A DNA stretch of 36,751 nt, from positions 1 to 36,751 of the forward strand of contig CAJOIG010000001.1 of NCBI GenBank assembly GCA_905234575.1, in the 5' to 3' direction. The notes beneath the pieces were generated by a model. That model did no database searches, was not told the origin of the DNA, and saw only the letters and a program-made list of their open reading frames with translations. The translations under genes and the position numbers were made by a program. Source of the stretch: an uncultured Oscillospiraceae bacterium (GTDB taxonomy: Bacteria > Bacillota > Clostridia > Oscillospirales > Oscillospiraceae). This document shows positions 14,574-22,554 of this stretch, in pieces. The number at the start of each line of letters is the position of its first letter. The stretch's first letter is position 1.

Positions 14574-14804
14574 ATGGCGCGAACCTTTGGGCGGCTGTTC
14601 TGCCGCCATGTCTGGAGGGTCATCGCCTGGCATTACACCCACGGCCCCGGGGACAATTCCCCGCTGTTCATCCAGGTCCGGCGCGTCTGCCTGAAGTGCG
14701 GGCGGGTCGACACCAAAGACTATGCCCGCGGCGGCTCCATGGAGGAGTACCTCCTGGAGTGGTCCCGGAAAAACTCACCAACCGAAGGAGGACATCCATG
14801 TTAA
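14574..14804 (+). CDS. Hypothetical small protein with a CxxC motif (76 aa)
   Basis: GC3 bias and tight packing. Confidence 0.5.
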   Translation: MARTFGRLFCRHVWRVIAWHYTHGPGDNSPLFIQVRRVCLKCGRVDTKDYARGGSMEEYLLEWSRKNSPTEGGHPC

Positions 14805-15244
14805 TCAAGATAGGCAATTACTTTGTGGACCCGACCGAGATCGCGGCGGTCGGCGGTGAGTTTGCCGACATTGACGGAATCCACTACATCAACATCTGGC
14901 TTCGGAAGAACGAGCAGTCGGTGCTCGTCGAGTCCACCATGGACGAGGCCGAGGCCGCGCTGATCGACGCGGACGTGATCGAGGATCCGGCCGACGATCC
15001 GATGGCGCTGATCGTCGAGGAGATGGAGCTCCTCGAACAGCTCGACGACGAGGGCTATCACTTCCTCGCCCGGGACCGGGACGGCAAGCTCTTCGCCTAC
15101 CGGCACATGCCGACCTACGACGGCGCGTACTGGAACCCGGAGACGCCTGTGAACGACGAGGTGAAGGCGCTGAACAGGGACGCCTGCCCGTTCGTCACGG
15201 TGGACGACGCCGCGCCCTTCGACATCCGGGAAGTGCTGCCCTGA
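14798..15244 (+). CDS. Hypothetical acidic protein (148 aa)
   Basis: RBS GAAGGAGGA; GC3 bias. Confidence 0.65.
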   Translation: MLIKIGNYFVDPTEIAAVGGEFADIDGIHYINIWLRKNEQSVLVESTMDEAEAALIDADVIEDPADDPMALIVEEMELLEQLDDEGYHFLARDRDGKLFAYRHMPTYDGAYWNPETPVNDEVKALNRDACPFVTVDDAAPFDIREVLP

Positions 15245-15293
15245 CAGGCGGCGCGCCACTCAAATCTATTTGACATAGGACGAGAGCCAATAG

Positions 15294-15333
15294 GGCCACG
15301 GTCTGACACATCCAAGGAGGTTAGACCGTGGCC
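15294..15333 (+). promoter_or_regulatory. Perfect 11-bp inverted repeat GGCCACGGTCT-N18-AGACCGTGGCC enclosing the RBS and start codon of the HUH Rep-like gene
   Basis: Arms at 15294-15304 and 15323-15333. The loop contains AAGGAGG, and the 3' arm contains the GTG start (15328). Confidence 0.8.
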
Positions 15334-16161
15334 AAAACACTGAAACGAATCGACGCCGGCGGGATCCAGGTGGCCGCGCTGTATGACCGGGTCCGCCCGC
15401 GGGACACGCCGCCGCAGCGGGCGGCAAAGCACCGGGCCAGCACCGACGCCCAGCGCCGGATGAATCAGATCTACAGCTACCAAAAGCTCGAGCTCATGCT
15501 GGCCGTGAATTTCCCGACGCCCGGCAGCGGCCTCGTGGTGACGCTGACTCACGACGACCAGCACATGCCGAAGGACCGCAGGGAGGCACAGCTCCGCTTT
15601 AAGTATTTCCTGGCCAAGCTGCGGGCGGCGCGCAAGGCCGCGGGCCTGCCCGAGCCGGTGGTGTTCTGGGCGCCGGAGATCCTTACATCCTCATCCGGAC
15701 GCTGGCACCAGCACGTCGTGCTGGACAACACCGGCCGGGATTATGAAATGATCCGCAGCTGTTGGATCTACGGCAGTGAGATCGAGATCCGCAAGCTGGG
15801 AAAACCGGAGCCGGGCGAGGATCCTCCGGAGTGGTGGCAGCCGGATGCGGAAGAGCCGGACAACTACTTCAAGGCCGTGGCCAGGTACATGACCAAGGAG
15901 CTGCGCGAGTGCCAGGAGTATACATCAAAGCCCGGTCTGCACGGCTGGAGCTGCACGCGGAACGCGAAGCGCCCGGAGGTGGACACCATGACCGTCCCGG
16001 ACGATTACGAGCTGACGCCGCCCGACGGCAGCACCGTCCTGCTGGACGAGGGGCGGCGCACCGAGTGGGCGAGCTGGCGGGTGATCAAGTACCGGTTCTC
16101 CGGCGAGGCCTTTGCCCCGGCTCCCAGGGCCAGACGCCGCAGACCGAGGCGGCGGCGCTGA
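15328..16161 (+). CDS. HUH-superfamily Rep-like protein (rolling-circle initiator / relaxase-like, single-Tyr type)
   Basis: Motif I is LVVTLTHDD, motif II is GRWHQHVVLD, motif III is VARYMTKEL (YxxK), in canonical order and spacing. GTG start with RBS AAGGAGG. Confidence 0.6.
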   Translation: MAKTLKRIDAGGIQVAALYDRVRPRDTPPQRAAKHRASTDAQRRMNQIYSYQKLELMLAVNFPTPGSGLVVTLTHDDQHMPKDRREAQLRFKYFLAKLRAARKAAGLPEPVVFWAPEILTSSSGRWHQHVVLDNTGRDYEMIRSCWIYGSEIEIRKLGKPEPGEDPPEWWQPDAEEPDNYFKAVARYMTKELRECQEYTSKPGLHGWSCTRNAKRPEVDTMTVPDDYELTPPDGSTVLLDEGRRTEWASWRVIKYRFSGEAFAPAPRARRRRPRRRR

Positions 16162-16218
16162 ACCTTTTTATTTAATTTTTCAGCCTTGAAATCTATATTA
16201 TTTTGAGGACAAAAAGGG

Positions 16219-16431
16219 GTGAAACCGTTGACGGCAAGCGGAAAATCTGATAGACTGGTGAAAGTGAAGGACGGCTGGGTCACGTGCCCGATCTGCGGGA
16301 ACAACCGCCTCAAGCGGATCCGGCCGGACGAGACCGCGGCGCTCGTGTATGTGCACTGCCGCCGCTGCAAAAACGACATACCGCTGACGCTTAAACAGGG
16401 CCAGTGCCTAGAGGGCCAGGGCCAGCAATGA
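16219..16431 (+). CDS. Cysteine-rich KTR-type zinc-ribbon protein
   Basis: Sequence WVTCPICGNNRLKRIRPDETAALVYVHCRRCKNDIPL resembles the Cys-rich KTR family of Firmicutes mobile elements. The start is uncertain (GTG 16219 or TTG 16228). Confidence 0.55.
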   Translation: MKPLTASGKSDRLVKVKDGWVTCPICGNNRLKRIRPDETAALVYVHCRRCKNDIPLTLKQGQCLEGQGQQ

Positions 16432-16467
16432 CGTGCATGACACGTTGATGCTGGCCCTGGCTTTTTG
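16416..16467 (+). terminator. Intrinsic terminator between the early/middle genes and the late operon
   Basis: 12-bp GC-rich stem CCAGGGCCAGCA / TGCTGGCCCTGG, followed by CTTTTTG. It lies 20 nt before the HNH start codon. Confidence 0.7.
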
Positions 16468-16487
16468 TATGTCCCGGAGGTGATCCC

Positions 16488-16850
16488 ATGGCACAGCGAC
16501 CGCTGCGGCCCTGCCGGCATCCCGGCTGCCCCGTGCTGACGCGGGATGGCTGGTGCGATCGGCACAGGCCAAAGCATAAGCGGCGCATGAGCGCCGAGTG
16601 GCACGGCTGGTACAACCTGCCGATCTGGACGGAGAGACTGCGGCCCGCGCAGCTGATCCGGGAGCCGTTCTGCCGGGCCTGTGCCGCGGCGGGCGTCCGG
16701 ACAAGGGCCACGGTGGTGGACCATGTGACGCCGCACCGCGGGGACTGGGCGCTGTTCACGGACGCGGGCAACCTGCAGAGCCTCTGCAAGTACCACCACG
16801 ACCAGAAGACGGCGCGGGAACAGGCACGGGATCGGCTCGAAAAGGGCTGA
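16488..16850 (+). CDS. Phage HNH endonuclease (packaging-associated)
   Basis: Sequence VDHVTPHRGDWALFTDAGNLQSLCKYHHDQKT. Position is immediately upstream of terS. Confidence 0.85.
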   Translation: MAQRPLRPCRHPGCPVLTRDGWCDRHRPKHKRRMSAEWHGWYNLPIWTERLRPAQLIREPFCRACAAAGVRTRATVVDHVTPHRGDWALFTDAGNLQSLCKYHHDQKTAREQARDRLEKG

Positions 16851-17052
16851 TTTTCGACCGGGCTTTTTCGGCGGAAGCTACGTCCGCGCAGCCGCACACG
16901 CGGCCAGGCGCGGGCCGCATCGCCGGCGCGAGCGCGGGCGCGGGGCATCAGATGCCCCTCCCCCCGGGCCTCGAAACTTTCGGCGCCCCGCCCCTAATGC
17001 CCCGGCTCCCCTCGTGTGCATAAAAAATTCCCCGATGACGGAGGTGATCACC

Positions 17053-17508
17053 ATGCCGACGCCGGTGAAGGCCCTGGACAATATGAGCAAGCACCTGACC
17101 CTCGAGGAGATCGAGGCCAGGGAGCAGGCGGAGACGGCACTCGGTCCGGCTCGGACCCCGAAGCCTCCGAAGAGCTTCACCCGGAAGACGGAGGAGCGGA
17201 AGATCTGGGACCGCGTGCTCGCGGATATGGAGGGCTGCGAGATCCTCGACCGGCTCGACACCGACGTGCTGGAGATCTATTGCCGGCAGCTGGTGCGGCT
17301 CCAGGCTCTCCGGGACACACTGGAGGGACGGCGGGGGCAGCTCCTCACCAAATACGACTTTGAGGTGCTCAAGGAGATCCGGTCGATCGAGGCGAGCGTG
17401 CTGAGCTACGCCTCGAAGCTGGGCCTCACGCCGGAAAGCCGGGCTCGGCTGGCTAGGCGCATGGCCGAGCAGGAACCGGAGGATCCCGACGACGACCTGT
17501 TCGCGTGA
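17053..17508 (+). CDS. terS: Terminase small subunit (P27-like family)
   Basis: Features RKIWDRVL, DVLEIYCRQLVRLQAL, ASKLGLTPESRARL, plus an acidic tail. RBS GGAGGTG. Confidence 0.8.
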   Translation: MPTPVKALDNMSKHLTLEEIEAREQAETALGPARTPKPPKSFTRKTEERKIWDRVLADMEGCEILDRLDTDVLEIYCRQLVRLQALRDTLEGRRGQLLTKYDFEVLKEIRSIEASVLSYASKLGLTPESRARLARRMAEQEPEDPDDDLFA

Positions 17509-17516
17509 GGGACGGC

Positions 17517-18356
17517 ATGGCGGAATTTGAGAACATGACCATCGACGGCTGGGAGGACGAGGAGTACCTGGCCTTTGTGGATAAATTCAAGGCCAAGAAG
17601 ACCACCGACGACTGCTACACGCCGCCGGAGATCTACGAGGCCGTCGCCGGGTGGGCGGCGAAGGAGTACGGCGTCGACCGGGCCGCCTTCCTGCGGCCCT
17701 TCTACCCGGGCGGCGACTACCAGAGCGAGGAATACCCGCCGGGAGCCGTCGTGGTTGACAACCCGCCCTTTTCGATTTTGAGCGAGATCCTTCGCTTTTA
17801 CGGCGGCAGGGGCGTGCGCTTTTTCCTCTTCGCGCCGGCGCTGACCCTCTTTTCCGCGGCGGCCGCAGAGACCGGCTGCGCCATGCTGCCCCTCGGCGTG
17901 ACGGTGACTTACGAAAACGGCGCCGAGGTACCCACGTCCTTCCTGACTAATCTCGAGCCGGAGGACATCCGCGTCCGCACCGTGCCGGAGCTCTACCGGC
18001 TCGTCGACAAGGCGAACCGCGACCGGCTGCGCGCCGACAAGGTGGAGCTGCCGAGGTACGTTTATCCCGACCATATCCTGACGGCGGCCATCGCCCAGCG
18101 GTGGTGCAAGTACGGCGTGGCCTACACCCTGCGGAAGCGGGACAGCCTGCGCGTGCCCGCCCTGGACGCCCAGAGGGCGGCCGGGACCTCCATCTTCGGC
18201 GGCGGCTTCCTCCTCTCCACGAGAGCGGCGGCGGAGAGAGCGGCAGCGGAGAGAGCGGCAGCGGAGAGAGCGGCAGCCACGGTCTGGACCCTCTCGGAGA
18301 CGGAGCGCGGCTATGTGGCCTGGCTGGACGGGCGCGGCGGGGAGAACCACGGATAA
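17517..18356 (+). CDS. N6-adenine methyltransferase-like protein (DNPPF motif) with a C-terminal (AAAER)3 repeat
   Basis: Features DDCYTPPEIYEAV followed by VVVDNPPFSILSEI (motif IV-like). No clear FxGxG motif. The start could instead be the GTG at 17505. Confidence 0.5.
   Translation: MAEFENMTIDGWEDEEYLAFVDKFKAKKTTDDCYTPPEIYEAVAGWAAKEYGVDRAAFLRPFYPGGDYQSEEYPPGAVVVDNPPFSILSEILRFYGGRGVRFFLFAPALTLFSAAAAETGCAMLPLGVTVTYENGAEVPTSFLTNLEPEDIRVRTVPELYRLVDKANRDRLRADKVELPRYVYPDHILTAAIAQRWCKYGVAYTLRKRDSLRVPALDAQRAAGTSIFGGGFLLSTRAAAERAAAERAAAERAAATVWTLSETERGYVAWLDGRGGENHG
18221..18277 (+). repeat. 15-bp tandem repeat GAGAGCGGCAGCGGA, ~3.8 copies, in frame (ERAAA units)
   Basis: Read directly: copies start at 18221 (1 mismatch), 18236 and 18251, with a partial copy at 18266. 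Confidence 0.9.
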
Positions 18357-18368
18357 AGGAGTTTTTTC

Positions 18369-19412
18369 ATGTACGGGAATGTTTTCTATTTTTCCAACAT
18401 CAACGCCATCGGGGGGATCGAGACGATGTTCTGGATGCTTGCACGAAAGTACGGCGACCGAGACATCACGGTGCTCTACCGGACGGCGGATCCGGCGCAG
18501 CTGCGCCGGATGCGTGAGCTGGTGCGCTGCGTCCGTTTTACCGGGCAGCGTATCCGCTGCCGCAAGGCGTTTTTCAACTACACCATTGACATCATAGATC
18601 ATGTGGATGCCGACGAGTATAACCTGATCCTCCACGCCGACTACAGTGCGTCGGTTTACTCTTACCTGAAACCGCCGGTGCACGAGAAGATCGACCACTA
18701 TCTGGCGGTGAGCCAGGTGGCGGCAGATGGTTTCAAGGCTTTGACCGGGATCGAGCCGGCGGTGATCTACAACCCCTTCATCGTAGACAAGCCGCGGAAG
18801 GTGCTGCGGCTGATCAGCGCCACGCGGCTGACGCCAGAGAAGGGCAAGGCCAGGATGGAACTGCTGGCCCAGGCTCTGGACGCCGCGGGCATCCCCTGGC
18901 GCTGGGACGTGTACACCAACGACCGGAGCGGCTTTCGGCATCCCAACATCACGCTGCGGGCGCCCCGGCTGGGCATCCTGGACGACATCGCCGACGCCGA
19001 CTACCTGGTGCAGCTCTCCGACAGTGAGGCGTACAGCTACAGCATCGTGGAGGCCCTGGCTGTCGGCACACCGGTGATCGTCACCGCGATCCCGGTATGC
19101 GAGGAAATGGGCATCCAGGACGGCGTTAACGCCTTTGTGCTGCCCTTCGACATGAGCGAGATCCCGGTGGCGCAGATCTACAAGGGCCTCAAGCGCTTCA
19201 AGTACACGCCGCGCCCGGACCGCTGGCCGGAGCTGCTGGCGCCAGGTGCGAGCAGCTGGCCGGAGGAAAAGGCCCAGGGCGTCACGGCGGAGGCCGCCGT
19301 GAAATTCCGCGACCTGAAGGCGGAGCTCATCCGGGAGAAGGGCGACCGCTTCCCGTGCTCCTGGGAGCGCGCGCTGGACCTGGAGGCCAAGGGCCTGGCC
19401 CGGCTGGTCTGA
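18369..19412 (+). CDS. GT-B fold glycosyltransferase (GT4-like, EX7E motif)
   Basis: N-terminal INAIGGIETMFWMLARKY and C-terminal SDSEAYSYSIVEALAVGTPVIV (E-x7-E). RBS AAGGAG. Confidence 0.7.
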   Translation: MYGNVFYFSNINAIGGIETMFWMLARKYGDRDITVLYRTADPAQLRRMRELVRCVRFTGQRIRCRKAFFNYTIDIIDHVDADEYNLILHADYSASVYSYLKPPVHEKIDHYLAVSQVAADGFKALTGIEPAVIYNPFIVDKPRKVLRLISATRLTPEKGKARMELLAQALDAAGIPWRWDVYTNDRSGFRHPNITLRAPRLGILDDIADADYLVQLSDSEAYSYSIVEALAVGTPVIVTAIPVCEEMGIQDGVNAFVLPFDMSEIPVAQIYKGLKRFKYTPRPDRWPELLAPGASSWPEEKAQGVTAEAAVKFRDLKAELIREKGDRFPCSWERALDLEAKGLARLV

Positions 19413-19413
19413 T

Positions 19414-21213
19414 ATGCCGGAGCGCCGGAAGACCGGCCTGCACCATCCTGTTTCGGTCTACGCCAAGCAGGTCACGCAGGGCAAGCTCCTGGAAAAGTGC
19501 GGGCCGTATGAGATCAAGGCGTGCCAGCGCCATCTGGACGACCTGCAGCGCGTGGGCGACGAGGACTTCCCCTACGTTTTCGACACCACCCGCGCCGACC
19601 GGATCCTCCGCTGGTTTTCCCTGTGCATCCAGAGCCGCGGCCCGGAGGCCGGGCAGCCCATCAAGCTGCAGGACTGGCAGATCTTTGACCTCGGGTGCGT
19701 GTACGGCTGGGTGCACAAGGACACCGGCGCGCGGCGGTTCACCGTGACCTACGAAAAGCGCGCCCGGGGCAATTTTAAATCCACCGAGAAGTCCGGCCAG
19801 TGCCTGTACCATATGTGCGGAGACGCCCTCTACCCCCCGTACCGGCCGGAGGAGGCCGTCTACGAGCGGAGCCCGGAGGTGGACTGCGTGGCCGTGGACC
19901 GGCTGCAGGCCATGCGCGTATTCGGCGACGCCAAGGAGATCGCGGAGGTATCGCCCAAGATCGCGGCGCGGCTCATCATCCCGAAGAGCCTGCCGGTGAA
20001 GCATAAAAAGCTGGGCGGCCGGATGCGGGCCCTCTCGAAGGACGTCAAAAACAAGGACTCGGGCGCGCCGACCTTTGTCGTCATCGACGAGTATCACGCC
20101 CACCCGACGAGCGACCTGCACGACATCGAGCTCAACGCCTTTGGCAAGCGCTGGCAGAGCCTTATGGCCGTGATCACCACCGCCGGCGACGACGCCGAGA
20201 ACAAGCCCTGCTACAAGGAGGAAGCCTACGCCCGGCGGATCCTGGACGGCCTGGTGCGGGACGACCGCTATTTCGTTATGATCCGGGAGCTGCCGGAGGG
20301 TGCGGATCCCCACGACAAGAGCCTCTGGTGCATGGCAAACCCCTGTTTGCGGGAGGACAACGCCTACAGCCGGGCGCTGCGGGACCAGATCGAGAGCGAG
20401 TACACCGCGGCCTACGGCTCGAACGACGCCACAAAGATCCGGCAATTTCTCACCCGGCGCATGGACCGCTGGCAGGCCGCCGCCGAGAACAGTTACCTGG
20501 ACGAGACCTGCCGGGAACTGGCCCGCAGGGCCATGGTGCCGCCGGAGCGGTTCGCGGCCCTCACCGACGGGCTGGAATGCTGGTGCGGCTTCGACCTGGG
20601 CAAGCGGATCGACCTCTCCGGCGTCGCTGCCGTTTTTCTTCTCCCCGACGGGCGCGTGGCCGTGAAGATGCACGGCTTTCTCCCGGAGGGCGCGGCCACC
20701 AAGCACGAGCACAGCGACCGGATCGAGTACCGGGCGTGGGCCAAGCGCAGTTGGTGCACGCTGACGCCGGGCGACGTGACCGACAACAGCTACGTGGCCG
20801 ACTGGATCCACGCTGGGCAGCTTGATCACCGCTGGCGCGTGCTGGAGGTCTGCTACGACGGGCACAACGCCACGGACCTGGCCATCAAGCTCTGCGAGGA
20901 GGCCAATAACGAGGACTGGTGCGTGGAGATCAGCCAAACCTGCGCCGGCCAGAATCTGGCCGTGAAGGGCTTCCGGGAGCTGCTGCTGCAGGGCAAGATC
21001 GTCATCGAGGAGTCCGGCCTTGCACTCTGGTGCCTTGCCAACGCCGTGGAGATTCAAAACAACTACGGCGACCTGAAGCTCTCCAAGAAGCACAAGGACG
21101 ATACGCAGCGCATCGACCCGGTGGCCGCGATGATGAACGCGCTGGCCAGAGCCCTGATCCGACGAAATAATCCGACCCTCAGCGACCGGCTGGAGTCCGG
21201 GTGGACGATGTAA
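19414..21213 (+). CDS. terL: Terminase large subunit
   Basis: 599 aa. Walker B-like FVVIDEYHAH, and C-terminal nuclease region with the DPVAAMMNAL motif. Confidence 0.9.
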   Translation: MPERRKTGLHHPVSVYAKQVTQGKLLEKCGPYEIKACQRHLDDLQRVGDEDFPYVFDTTRADRILRWFSLCIQSRGPEAGQPIKLQDWQIFDLGCVYGWVHKDTGARRFTVTYEKRARGNFKSTEKSGQCLYHMCGDALYPPYRPEEAVYERSPEVDCVAVDRLQAMRVFGDAKEIAEVSPKIAARLIIPKSLPVKHKKLGGRMRALSKDVKNKDSGAPTFVVIDEYHAHPTSDLHDIELNAFGKRWQSLMAVITTAGDDAENKPCYKEEAYARRILDGLVRDDRYFVMIRELPEGADPHDKSLWCMANPCLREDNAYSRALRDQIESEYTAAYGSNDATKIRQFLTRRMDRWQAAAENSYLDETCRELARRAMVPPERFAALTDGLECWCGFDLGKRIDLSGVAAVFLLPDGRVAVKMHGFLPEGAATKHEHSDRIEYRAWAKRSWCTLTPGDVTDNSYVADWIHAGQLDHRWRVLEVCYDGHNATDLAIKLCEEANNEDWCVEISQTCAGQNLAVKGFRELLLQGKIVIEESGLALWCLANAVEIQNNYGDLKLSKKHKDDTQRIDPVAAMMNALARALIRRNNPTLSDRLESGWTM

Positions 21214-21214
21214 T

Positions 21215-21231
21215 GTGTCCTACTAGGACAC
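21215..21231. repeat. 17-nt palindrome GTGTCCTACTAGGACAC (copy C), between the terL stop and the next RBS
   Basis: Near-identical copy at 26381-26397. Shares the architecture GTGYCC-N5-GGRCAC with 3154 and 4988. Confidence 0.7.
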
Positions 21232-21245
21232 GGGAGGTGTTTGCT

Positions 21246-21599
21246 ATGGCACGATATGACGACGCGGCGGAGCTCAACAGGCGCGTGACCTTCCAGCGCT
21301 TTGTGGGAGAGGCCGACATCGTGGGCGACTATCAATACCTGGACGACGACAACTGGGAGGACGTGCTGACCGTATGGGCCCAGGTGCGGACCATCGGCAG
21401 CCGGGAATTCATGGCCGCCGGACAGGAGCAGAACGAGGTCACCCACAACATCAAGCTCCGGTACCGACTCTGGGGCTATGACGCGGTGAGTCTGCGGGCC
21501 ACCTGCGGGGACCGGGTCTTCCGGCTGCTCTCCCCGCCGCTGGACCTGGACGGGGACCGGCGGTATCAGCTCATCAAGGCCGCGGAGGTGTGGCGATGA
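21246..21599 (+). CDS. Head closure / head-tail adaptor protein (SPP1 gp16 / HK97 gp7-like)
   Basis: Pattern LNRRVTFQR...DDNWEDVLTVWAQVRTIGSREF...HNIKLRYR...RVFRLLSPPLDLD is typical of this family. RBS GGGAGG. Confidence 0.65.
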   Translation: MARYDDAAELNRRVTFQRFVGEADIVGDYQYLDDDNWEDVLTVWAQVRTIGSREFMAAGQEQNEVTHNIKLRYRLWGYDAVSLRATCGDRVFRLLSPPLDLDGDRRYQLIKAAEVWR

Positions 21600-22108
21600 G
21601 CGGCGCGGAGGTGACCTTCGACACCCGGGGCCTGGTGAAGATGGTGAAGGCCCTGGACAAGATGGGCAAGAGCCCCCAGAAGGCCGTCACGAAGGCGGCC
21701 TCCAAGGGCATCACGCCGGTGAGACGGGCGATCAAGTATGGCACTGTGCCGGTCGAAACCGGGACCCTGAAGCGCGCCATCATCCGCAAGGCCGAGAAGA
21801 GCCGGGCCAGGGGCAAAAAGGTCTACGAGGTCACATTTGACCCAGCCTACAACGACGTGCTGCAGAAGCCCGTGAAGAACCCGGGCGCCGCCGGAAGCAG
21901 GACCACCAAGGGCGGGCACGCCTACTACCCCGCCTCCCAGGAATACGGCTACCTGACCCGGTCGAAGGGCGGCGGCTACAGCTACGTGCCCGGCCTGCAC
22001 TTTATGCGCCAGGGCGCGGAGCAGGCGGAGCCCGAGGCAAAGCAGATCATGATCGACACCATGGGAAAGGAGCTTGACAAGCAATGGCAGGAAGCACAGC
22101 ACGGATGA
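21596..22108 (+). CDS. HK97 gp10-family neck/tail component
   Basis: Features KMVKALDKMG...AASKGITPVRRAIK...VETGTLKRAI. ATGA coupling. Confidence 0.6.
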   Translation: MSGAEVTFDTRGLVKMVKALDKMGKSPQKAVTKAASKGITPVRRAIKYGTVPVETGTLKRAIIRKAEKSRARGKKVYEVTFDPAYNDVLQKPVKNPGAAGSRTTKGGHAYYPASQEYGYLTRSKGGGYSYVPGLHFMRQGAEQAEPEAKQIMIDTMGKELDKQWQEAQHG

Positions 22109-22554
22109 GCCCGGAGTTTGCCCTGGCGGCGGCGCTGGAGACCGTGCCGGCGCTGCTGGACAAGGTGAGCTCCCTGCAGCCGCCGAAAAGCGCGGCTCCG
22201 CCTTTCGCCTTTTACATCCCGGCGGCGGACAGTGAGGACGAGTGCCTGGACGGGCCCTCCGGCCTGCAGAGCTTCGCCGCGGCGCTGCACCTGGTGGCCG
22301 CGAGCCACCGCGCCTTGCAGCTGATCAGCGCCCAGGCAAAACAGGCGGTGCTGGATATGCGCGGCAAGACCTACCGGACGCCGTCGGAGGACGAGGCCGC
22401 GGGCCTCAAGGGCGCGGTGCTGGTGGAGTATACGAAGATGGACCAGAGCTCTCCGGATCTCTACGAGGCCGAGGTGGGTCTGTACCGAAGGATATACAAC
22501 GTCCGGCTGGACTACCAGACGGAGAACGTAACCGAGGAGGGAATCAGCGGATGA
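22105..22554 (+). CDS. Hypothetical structural (neck/tail-completion candidate) protein
   Basis: ATGA coupling; call is by position only. Confidence 0.45.
   Translation: MSPEFALAAALETVPALLDKVSSLQPPKSAAPPFAFYIPAADSEDECLDGPSGLQSFAAALHLVAASHRALQLISAQAKQAVLDMRGKTYRTPSEDEAAGLKGAVLVEYTKMDQSSPDLYEAEVGLYRRIYNVRLDYQTENVTEEGISG

Noticed and set aside
15270-15292. TTGACA at 15270-15275 as the -35 of a promoter for the Rep-like gene.
   Set aside because: There is no acceptable -10 hexamer at 16-19 nt spacing (only CAATAG at about 12 nt).
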